The notes below the pieces were generated by a model. The model was not told the origin of the DNA, did no database searches, and saw nothing but the letters and a program-made list of their open reading frames with translations. This document shows positions 24,601 through 36,600 of a stretch of DNA of 64,000 nt, piece by piece. The stretch's first letter is position 1; each line of letters begins with the position of its first letter. Location of the stretch: positions 2,294,001 to 2,358,000 of the forward strand of contig NC_047064.1 in NCBI RefSeq assembly GCF_902459465.1. Direction: 5' to 3'. This stretch comes from Asterias rubens. Taxonomy: Eukaryota. The translations under genes and the position numbers were made by a program.

Positions 24601-27600
24601 AAATTTGTGATGTGTGCAGTTTTGGTAATTGTGGCCCATACAGCACAGTAAAGATCATACGTGTGTCAGGAGCAGTCTTTACATCAGTCTTAACCAGTCT
24701 TAACCAGTCTTAACCAGTCCTTGTTCGAAGCCTAAAAAAAGCTTTATTGAGACTGTTTGTATCAATTTAAGCCATCTATTAAAGCCATTTCGACCCTACA
24801 TGCATAGCTGAATCTTTCTCAAAGGTATTTATAAACACAATGCGTGTAATAAACCAAAACATTGATGATACAGCATCATACGAGAGCAGTCTTAACATCA
24901 GTCCAGTCTTCACCAGTCTTAACCAGTTCTTGTTCGTTGACTCAAAAAGCAAATAAAGCTTTATTTGAGACGTGTATAAATGTAGCCATCTAAGCCATTT
25001 CGACCCTACATACATGTACATAGCTGAATCTTTCTCAAAGGTATAAACACATGTGTGTAATGTATGTGCCATAAACATTGATGATACAGCAACGCTCGTA
25101 CGGGAGCAGTCTTTACATCAGTCCATACCAGTCCTAACCAGTCTTACCAGTCTTTTTCATAGCCTTATTAAAAAAAGCTTTATTTGAGGCTGTGTGTATC
25201 AATTTAAAGCCATTTCAACCCCACATTATAGCTGAATCATTCTCAAAGGTAAACACAATGCGTATAATAAAAAACCAAACATTGATGATACAGCACCGAT
25301 CATACGAGAGCAGTCACATCAGTCTATTCCAGTTTTAACCAGTCTTAACCAGTCTCGTTCCTTGCCTTTAAAAACCAAACAAGCTATATTTGAGAGTGTA
25401 TAAATTTAAGCCATTTAAGCCAGTTTGACCCTACATAATGTATTAGGCTACTATTAGCGGTATCCTAAAACAATGCAAGTAATGTATATTATGTACCATA
25501 AAAAATGATGATGACATTGCACATAGCTTTATTCATGTAGTGAAAGACGCCACGTCAATGGCATTCTTGATAGTAATGTACATCAATACATTGTACATGG
25601 TCTATGTATGTACAATGTATGACCTTAGGCAGTACAATTCCTCAACGGTAATTTTGAATGGGGCCACTTTTCAACAGGAATTGTTCAGATCCACTTTATA
25701 AATGTTTTCCAATATTTCTCCAATCAGTAAAAAACATTCTGTATAGTTTTTTCAAAATTCCTTATTATATACTGTCAAATCAATCACACTTGAGTTGTGT
25801 GGTCCATGGACATCTACAATCTATTATGCAATTCTCTTCACAGTATGGGCATGGTTTCAGATGACTGGTGTCAGCCAAATGTCATTCACATTATAAACAG
25901 TCATCATATAAAGTATCCTTGTGCAACCCACTCCCATTAGTGGGTGGGGTGAATCCACAAGACTGTAGGGCTTATTGCTCAATTTTTTGCAGGACCAGAA
26001 ATTGTTTTCACGACCAGAATCAAGATGAGATAAAAAAAACTGATGTAAACTTTTTTTTATTTGGACAAACTAGTGAAGCTTTCTACATTATAATTGTCTT
26101 ATTGAAAGGCATTATCAGACTCTTGTCAATGTTCGAACATAATATTTTGTTTTCACTCAAGATACTATGCAGTAAGGCATTATTAATTATTCAATGGACC
26201 TTATGCATTGACGTCATCCAGCCGCCATCTTAGAGGAAAAACGGTGATGAAACAATCGAGACGCATGGATTTGTAGGCACGGCACACAGTATTGACCAAT
26301 GAACAACCTCCTTTTGACCTCTAGGTGAGGGCGCCCTACTGAAATGACGTCATGTGCATAAGGTCTATTGAAAAAACACACAAGACTACTGGACTTGTCT
26401 GCCAGTGAGTTTATTGGCCCGACACTAAAATCACTGGCCTCAGGTGTGGTGGTCCAGAGTAAATTTTGAATCCTGCTGTGCACCTTAGGTGTGCCTCTCC
26501 TCTCTCCTCCTATGTGTCCTATGAAGTACTGCTTACATGTACATGTACAGTGTAGGCTCCTAGATTGGGAATCCGACATACATGTAGCAAAAGCATGCTG
26601 CCCTTGACGCTCTGTAAGAAGGAATTACTGGCTAGATTAATTTGATTCATGGAATGGAGGACTGTCTAAATTAAATAATCCCACATGTAAATAACAATAA
26701 TATAGACGCATAATTATGTTTTGATATCAAATTTGTTTTGTTAAAAGGAGGGTTTGTTTTAAATGTTCTCTTTCCTTATTTTTTTTTATACAACTTGGAT
26801 AATTGGGGGGGGGGGGCATCAAAATCAATGTTAAGGCATGAACACTATGTTTTTATTATCCTAAAATGTATTTTTCTCAGTACCATATTCATGCAGAATT
26901 TCTTGACCAATATCGTTGCATCGGTGCAAAAAGCATTGAAAAAACATTGTGTATCTCGGCGCGCACTTAGTTTTGTTTGAACGACTTGGCAAATTTTTAG
27001 CAAGGTACAACCTTTTTAACAGTTTTAAACTTGTTGTTTTTTTGGAGAAACTTAACACTTTTGCACTGACAGGCCATTATGTCCAAATCAGATCATTTGT
27101 TCCAATATCACAAAAAGAAAATCTCCAAGTTCAAAAGTGGATTTTTTTTCCCCGCTACAGAATGATCTGGACTTACCGGTCAAAATCAAGTCTGGTCATC
27201 TGGGTAAACTGACCCTCAAGATCCCATGGAAGAACCTGTACTCAGCCCCAGTGGAAGCTACTATTGAGGGTCTCTATGTCTTGGTTGTTCCAAATGCAGG
27301 TAGGAAAACCTCAATGGACCCTTCCCATGAAATATGCTAATTACATTCATGCATGCGTACAAACCCTGTTGGTTGGTAAACACCATAGAGTTGTGCACTA
27401 AGTAGACGCGCAATCGCGTCTGCGTCACGCACCCATTAGCCGTGTACAAAACAGCACGATGTTCCCTCATTTTGCCAACCAAAACGTTAGTGCGCACGCG
27501 CTATGTGCAATTTACATATTTCATGGGAAGGGTCTAATAAATAATGAATAATGATGGGTTTTTACTTGTAAACAAGGTTATAAATAACTTTCAGCCACCC

Positions 27601-30600
27601 AGCTGACTGCTAACCTTGTATTTGTTTTTAATAAGAATCAAGAATAATTATATTATTACTAATAAAATTATATTTATTTTGGTTTTTACCCATAAACTGA
27701 TGTCTGTTAGCGCTATATACTCGGTACTTACCCAGGTTCTGTGAAAAAAAAATCACAGGCATTTTTACTCAGGTGGGATTCAAACCCACGACCTTTGCAA
27801 TTCCAGAGCAGTGTCTTACCAACTAGACCACCGAGATTGCCAGGTGGCTAGAGGCAGTTCGAAAACTATAAATAAAACCTATCATTTTCTAGGTGGAAAT
27901 TTTATCAACTGCCAGACTCGTATATTGTACATATGTTCTACCCACAAAATAATATGCTGAATCAAAACTTGCTATGTGACACACCATGCATAAATCAGAC
28001 ACTTCTTGGAAAAAGTGAAATGGCATTTAAATTTAAAATTGTTAGTGAAGTGCAACAATTGATACAATATTTGTTTTAGGCATGGTAGCTCTGTAACAGC
28101 TGGTGCATACACAATGATAATTCACACTAAAATAATTTTATCTAACGACCTACATCTTTAATCTTAAAAAAAACTTTCTTATCAGTTTTTAAAGGGACCC
28201 AAGTTCAAACAACAAATCAATTTTTGTCCTGACGCATTTGATAATTTTGTTTCTGGTTTTGATGATTGATTTTTACTGCAAATAAGAACTCAAATTTCAG
28301 TGATATTTGATTGTTTGCGTAGATATCAAGTACGATGCAGAGAAGGATTCCCAGCAGAAGTTTGAGGCCAAACAACGGACCCTGCAGATGGTGGAGGACA
28401 CTAAACAGAAAGAGAAGGAGAGAGAGGAAGGCGCAGGTTAGAGGTCATGACCCTTGACCCAATTTATTCCAGATTAGAAATCATTTAACTCATTCAATAA
28501 TGTCTACCTGAATTGAGCTATAAGACTTTTTAATGGATGTTAAATTTTGCATCGATGATGCAATATATTTTTTTTTCTTGTCAAAGTTAAATAGACTGAA
28601 CATGTTTGGTTGTTGTCAAAGACCAGTCTTCTCTCTTGGTGTATCCCAGTATCCCAACATATACATAAAATAGCAATGTGAAAATTTGGACTCATTTGGT
28701 CATTGAAGTTGCAAGAGAATAATGAAAGAAAAAAACACCCTTGTTGCACAATTTTGTTTGAGTGAGAAATGATCTCTTTCTCAAAAACTACGTTACTTCA
28801 GAGGGAGCTGTTTTCCACAATGTTTTATTCTATTAACAGCTCTCCATTGCTCGGTATCAAGTAAGTGTTTATGCTAACAATTATTTTAGTAATTACATGC
28901 ACCAATAGTGTTCAGGGTCTTTTACACCGATGAAAAAAATCCTCAAACTTCTTGAATAATTTTCCAGAGAAAGATGCCAAGGCTGACTCGTTTGTGGAGA
29001 AGATGGCCAGTCAGGTGATTAAGAACCTTCAAGTCAAGGTATCTGACATCCATATGCGCTATGAAGACAAGACAACTAATACGAATGCTCCATTCTCTAT
29101 TGGAACTACACTTCATAACGTCTCACTCAAGGTAAGAACGGGTTGCTGTAGATGGGGTGTATTTACTTATTTATTTATTTACACAAAACCTCCAAAAATG
29201 GAGAAGATGAAAATACATAAAACTTACATAAAAGGTACATATACACGCGTGCTTAAGGAAACAGGATCTAACCCAGTCACACTCATTGATGACCCCAGAC
29301 CATGAAGAAGTAAAAAACAAAAGGATGGGTATAATCCCTATAAGGGTTATGCCCCAACAAGTGATGTGCACAAGTGATATAAAACTCACAGGTCTTACTA
29401 TTAATCTCTCATGTGATATGAATCTAACAAGGGTCTATCTTGAGGACAACGAACCTCTTGAGGCGACACAAGTGGTACATATGAGCCTTACATGCAATAC
29501 TTATTACCATGTTTTCAAGTACCATACTTTCAAATGTCAACTTTGAAAAAAGATCTGAGTTGGTTTTTTATCTTTATGAAATAAAATTATAATAATAATA
29601 ATAATAATACATGTTATCTAAGCATTTATATAGCGTTCTTACACAAAACAATGTATCACAACGCTTTACAACAATACTAACAACCTGGAACCATACATGA
29701 TTTGGTACATATGAGCCTCACATGCAATACTTATTGCCATGTTTACAAGTACCATACTTTCAAATGTCAACTTTGAAAAAAAAGATATGAAAGATCCGAG
29801 TTGGTTTTTATCTTTATGGAATAAAACTTTTAAGTTTTGAAAACCACACAGTACATATTTTAATTGAGTTGGTTATGGGTTACAATGGCATCCCCAGTGG
29901 CCTAAATGTCCTTGCCCATGCTACAGAGAGCTCTGCCAACATGGCTAAAGATTTGAATTTCTTTGTTGATTTTGCAGACCACAGATACCAACTGGAAGGA
30001 GTGCTTGGCGGATGCAGCAACTAAACTCATTTACAAGGTACGTTTACAAGTTTAGTGTTAAAGACACTGGACACTTTCGCCAGTTGTCAAAGACCAGTCT
30101 TCTCACTTGTTGTATCTCAACATATGCATAAAATGACAAACCTGTGAAAATTTGAGCTCAATCGGCCGTCAAAGTTGCGAGATAACAATGAAAGAAAAAA
30201 CACCCTTGTCACACAAAGTTGTGTGCTTTGAGATGCTTGATTTCGAGACCTCAAAATCTAGATCTGAGGTATCGAAATCCAATTCGTGGAAAACTACTTC
30301 TTTCCCGAAAACTACTCCACTACAGAAGGAGCCGTTTTTCACAATGTTTTATACTACCAACCTCTTCCCATTACTCGTTGCCAAGTAAGGTTTTATGCTA
30401 ATAATTATTTTGAGTAATTACCAATAATGTCCACTGCTTTTAGACAGTGTTGAAGCTAGACCAATTTTAGTGGTGGGCTCTAAATCAAATTTAGTCCACC
30501 AAGGGTGAGCAGTTCAGCAAAATTCTTCAAGTTTAGATATGGGGCCACCATTGCTGAAGTGCAATCTAGGGGGATATCTTTGCTGGGCAGCACAGTGTAT

Positions 30601-33600
30601 TTTGCTCAGAATGCTGGAAAAAATTTGTTAGTTCTGGGCAGGCCCGCCCGGCACCGCCCACCATGGCTACAACTGACAACACTGAGTGTTAACATGGTTA
30701 ATAAGATAGCTTTTATGTATAAACACGGTCATAACCAAACACTCGACTAGAAGCTAACAGAATGTTTGAAAGAAATATTCTTCAGGATATTCAGTAACAC
30801 ACCCAGTAAAGTTTTAGATTCAGATTCTTTGTCTTTTTAATAGCTGTTAGTGTCTTTAATTTTGTGTTATGCAATCCATGTGGAGGTCTCAGGAGAGTAA
30901 AGCTTTAGATTGTAAGAGTCACGTATTAATATCAAACAATAATGACTTGATTTTCAGATGCTGCGTCTGGACTGTCTCTCTGTATACTGGAACAGCAACT
31001 CAGAGTTGTACTCAGACCTACCCAGGCCCCAGCAACAGGTAACTGACTATTACAATTGTGCATTTACATTTGTTTTGCTAAACGGTTAAACTTGTAACTT
31101 CCGCTTAACCGTTTCTACCACCAATTCCAATCAGAACTAAGAGCCCATCTGTAAAAGGAGATGTCAACACACTTTCAAGGATTAAAAATAGAACACTGTA
31201 ACCAAGTTTGACAGTCACAAAACCACAAACCTCTGTGGGGCAGGTGCAAAACAAAAATGTACATATAACAGTTTGAAGGGGATAACCAGTATTATAACAC
31301 CCCTTACAAGTATTCTGCCTGCTCATTGGCTTAGAGCGCGTCACATGACATGTCTTAGTTTTGCTAGACGACGGCCGTGTGATAGTGCGTCGGTTTGCCA
31401 TGCGCTAGTCCGAAGACTAGCACACGGCGTGCAGTACCCAGACGTCCGTTGTGTGTACGAGGATGATAAATTAATAGTATGTTACCAGTTCGGATTGCAC
31501 GACACTACATGCAGCACAGTAAAAGTTTTTGCAATCTATATTCGCGTCGTCCGTGGATTGTAGCATTCAGGTCTGTAACTTAGTAATAATAGTTCAGTAT
31601 TTAGAGAAATGTTTGGGGTGTTATAAAACAAATATTTACTGCTTTTTACTCGTACAATGGTTAAAAATATGACTCCCTCGGTGATCCCCGTAGCATTTCT
31701 ATTTTCCCTCGGCTTCGCCTACACTTGTAGGATATTAAGCTAAGAAACATTCCACAAACAAAAGGGATGTCAATTATTTTCATTTAAAAAAAAAGAGGTC
31801 TGTTTTAAATTATTTTTATTACTTCATTTCGCCTTACCATTAAGGAATTTGGGGAATTGATTTCATCTTATAAAATGGTTTGCAGTCAAATGGTTAACCG
31901 AGTAGGAGTCCCAACCCTGTACCTGTCCCTGATAAATAATAAAAGATTTGACACCCTACACAGTTTGAATACTCTTCAAATCTTGTGCATGGTAATCATT
32001 GTGAATACATCGAGTAAAAAAAAAACCTGTTATTGAGGAACGGAGTTGGGAAGTAGAAATTCAGCAATGATTTTTAAATTCACGACCAATGGGTGTCATA
32101 ACCCTAACACCCAGAAGAATACTGATCAAGATTTGGCCTTGGTCGCATCAGGTAAAGATAAAACAGGTGGTATGGAATCCCCAATACTAACAACGTAACC
32201 CAATTAACTAATGAGGTGTAATCTGTTTTTATTGATTATAAATGTGGGTCTGAAACCTGACAAAATTAGCACACTAGGTGTTTGCACCAACCAGTGTGCA
32301 GCTAGTTGTATGTAGGTGTGCAGGTTTTTTGTTTGTTTTTGGAATGTGCATTTGTTTTCAAGCAATGCCATAATACAGTAACTTGTTATGTATAACCAAT
32401 GTTTACACAAAATCTTCCGAGGTGAAAGGCAGGGAAAGAAACCAATGAGCCAACCTGGTCACCCGTTTGAACGATGTATTTAAACATTAGCATGCTCTAA
32501 TAACCACATTCATCTACTTGAAATGCTACTTATGAATTTCCCATGCAGGCAAAGATGCGAGAAACCATTACATCAGATCCTACGAAAACACCCAAGAACT
32601 ACCAGTTCTGTGAGTAGAATTTAAGTTCTGAAACGTTTCGAAATTCTGATGTATCTGGTAGTGGTCTAATCCTTCTAGTGTGGGATTGTTACGAAAAGGT
32701 AATCAAGTTGTGTAATTTACATGCAAACTTTACTGCTGGTTTCTGATAGGTCAATCCATAGCAATGTGAATATGATATTTATCTATACTGCATCAAACCC
32801 TGTTCTATAAATTTTGTTATCACACACCGTCTCGTTGAATAATATCATTATTGATGGTGTATTAAAATTAAACTTATATACATGTAGCCTATAGCCAATG
32901 AGTATAGAAAAATATAGTGCTTCTGCGTCCCATATGCATAATGGAAAATAAATGTTGTTCATCAAACATCCAACTCTGCCTTCTCGGTGTAGTGTAGTTG
33001 GAATACATAATCTGAGAGATTCATATTTTGGGGGATAAAAACATATATTTTTTCATAACCACATTGCTTAAAATTAAAATGTTTCTGAAAATGCTTTATA
33101 CTATCGGAAGCTGCTGTACTTCGAACCAAGAGTTGTTATTGCCATTAATTTCAAGAGTGATTACCAAATGCAAACCTTCCTTTTAAAAACGGTGTTCTCT
33201 CTTCTCTATTGCCAGTGGTTGAACCGATCTCTCTGAAGGCCCAGCTGAAACTGAACACCAAGCCTGAGAATGATATGACTAACCCTAAAGCCTGGCTCAA
33301 TTTAGTCATCGATAGTATTGGCCTGGCCGTTAGACAGAAACAGGTATGAACAAAATGATCTACAACAGCACTCTTAGAAACTTGTTGTAAATATTTTGGC
33401 GGGATAATGAATAATGTTTGGGTTTTACCCATACACTAATGTGTTTAAAGCACTGTATACTCAGAACTTTCCAGGGTCCTGTGAATAAAATCCACAGGCA
33501 TAGTACTTCGGCGGGATTCAAACCCACAACCTTTGCCATTCTAGAACAGATGTCTTACCACTAGACTAAGATTGCCTGGTAGCTAGAAGCAGTTTGATAC

Positions 33601-36600
33601 CATGTTTTGCAGTGTGTACTGCTATGATATGTCTGTCGATTTTTACACTGGACTCGGGAAAAGATTATAAAGTGCTTCATACACATCGACCTGCTAAGCT
33701 AGCATGTGTATTGGGAGAACACTGACTTCTCAGTTTAAGCTTTCCTCCTTCTTGAGTGTATATTTTTTCCCTCTTCTCAGTTCCGTGATGTGATGAAGAT
33801 GCTTGATTCTTTCGAGAGGATGTCACGTAACGAGCCATTCAGGAAGTATAGACCAACCTGCCCAGCTAAAGGCAACGCTAAGATCTGGTGAGTAGTCAAG
33901 TCACTTCAAACAATTGTCACATTTATTTATATTTATTGATTTAATCCAAGAAAACCATGGGGAGAGGACAAGGAAGGAAGTTTCAGTTTTAAATGCAGGA
34001 GGAAAACCGCAGAAAATTTTTCCAGGGAGAAACCCATGGAATCAGGTTTGGACAGAAAACCCATTCCCCATACCAACCGTTTCACAATTCTTTTGTGAGA
34101 AATTCCAGCTGTGTAGGCTGTGTGCACAGACAAAGGATATAACGAATCATTACCACAGAAAACTTAGCATGTCTGATTAGTTTTCTGCATTTCACAAGTC
34201 AGGAATTATCAGTAAAATTATACCATTCTCCCAAGTTATTTAACAATGATGATCCCAGCATAATAAATTAACTCTGCGTCTTCTTCCACTAAGGTGGCAC
34301 TACGCCCAGAAGTGCATCTTAGAGGAGACAGTGAGACGAAGACACAAGATGTGGTCTTGGACTCACATCAAAGAGCATCGGAGAATGTGCAAAGAGTATC
34401 AGAAGCAGTATGTGACAAAGCTTGACACCAGTAAACCTGGCAAAGACCTGACTGCTCAACTAGAGGTGAGTTAAGGCCCCGTCCCACTGCAGCGATAACG
34501 ATAACGACAACGATAACGACACAAAGAGAACACATTCCATTGGTTGAAGGAGCGTGTGCGTATCCTGCTTGGAGCAATTCAACCAATAGAATGCATTCTC
34601 TTTGCGCCGTGATCGTTATCGTTTTCGTTATTGCTACAGTGTGACTCGGACATAAGTAAGATTCTTCTTTATCACTGTGTACATGTGCATCAGTGACCAG
34701 GGTTGGATTTCACAAAGAGTTAAGACTAGTCTTATCTCAAGTTACTCATCCTAACTTAGGACTTGCCATACGCTTTTAATATCCTCTAGGACTAGTCCTA
34801 AGTTTGGACTAGTCCTAACTCTTAGTGAAATCGACCCCAGGGCTCAATTTCACAAAGTCTGTAAGCACAAAAATGTGCTAAGCACAAACAATTATTGCTT
34901 AGCAGAAGCTGGGTTGCAGCCAAAAAGATTCCATTAAGTTTACGTTGTTGCAACTGGTGCCCCACTCATTTTATGTTTTTAAGCAGTATTTTCTGTTTAT
35001 TTAAACAGCTTTATGAAATTTTGGCCTCTGCCTCGGGACACAAAGACAGAGCTGCTTAACCAAAAGTAGCTAAAAACAGCAACATTTTACTTACTTTATT
35101 AAGGTTACAGGTCGAAATACAATGTCCGATGTACCATTTTTTATTGGTATCCTGATCATTCTTGCTGAGCAGAAAACTGTTCAGCACCATTTTTTGTTTA
35201 AGCAGCTCCATGAAATTGATGCAAAAGCAATTTTATAGCAAAAGCTATTTGTGCAAGAATGTAATTTACATTATTTTCTGAAATTTGCCTACAAGTCTTT
35301 CGAGAAGGAGCTTAGTGTGATGAACATCACCATGTGCCGACAGCGTGCCGAGGTAGAATTCCATCGCCTCGGCAAGAAACGAGCCAAGGAGAAGGCTGAG
35401 AAGGGATGGTTCGGAGGATGGTTTGGTGGAGGCAAGAAACCAGATGAGAAAAAGGAAGCAGGAGACCTCAGCGACATAGCAGGTGAGAAATATTCGTTTT
35501 GGGAGGAATGCTTGGATTAGTAGATATGAAATGTTCAATGTCATGGCTGAGTGGATCAGAGCACCAGACTCAAGCTCTGGTGTTTCTGTTCAGCAGATTG
35601 TGGGTTTGAATCCCGGTCGTGACACTTGTGTACTTAAGCAAGACACTTGACCATTATTACATGCACTTTATCATTTGGATGGGATGAAAAAGTTGTTGGT
35701 CCCGTGTATTGTGTAATACACTTCAAAGAACTCAGTGCACTTATCAAAAAGAGAAGGGGGTTCGCCCCAGTGTTCCTGGTTTGATTGGCAGCACATTGCA
35801 CCACAACACCTTGTAAACCACCCTTCATGGTGCTATGTAAAATAAAAGGTCTCATACTTCAAAAATGTAGCTCCATAATACCTTGGAGGAAAATACTGAA
35901 TATTCAAGATCCTTGAGCGTCACTGAGTGACGGATATGAGCGCTATTTAAGAAGACATAATTATTATTATAAATATTATTTTTTGATTGTAGTCAACAAC
36001 TTGAGACTAAATTTGTGGTTGGGCTGCTAGGATTAAGCCGCCCATGCTGACAAGTTTCCTCAGACTTGTGATACACATGAATGAAATTCACATCGGTATT
36101 TCTTGAAATTGACTTGGCAGCATCTTATTTCTCTCCAGGTCGTTTCCAAGAAGCAATGTCGGAGGAAGAGAAAGCTAAGATGTACAGTGCCATCGGCTAC
36201 AGCGACAAGAGCGTGGACCCAACATTCCCTAAAGATGTAAGATAAAAATGATGTAAACTTCAGCTGAGGTAGTTTTATTCCAGATGCTAGCACTCTGGAG
36301 ATAAATGTAGTTTGTTTTATATGTGCAGCTATCCTTATGGTGGCAGCTTGTGTACAATTTAAAGTTTTAGTGTTGGAGCTTCGTAAATCGGTTCTTTCCT
36401 ACATTTACCTTGGATCCACTCAACAAACTGAAGAACAAGAATTCGAAAATTGTTTTGAGGAACAGGTTAGCGTGGAATATTTGCTTGTGCGTAGTCCACG
36501 ATACTAGGCATTCTTCACTTACACAGCCAGTATAAAAGTTGTGCAATTGCCCTGTAAGAGAAGAATGGCGATCCAAGCACAGAACTCGGCGGTATATAGG

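Noticed and set aside
24670-25436. CRISPR array
   Set aside because: Eukaryotic intron; the inter-block sequences are homologous between units rather than unique spacers, and there are no cas genes.
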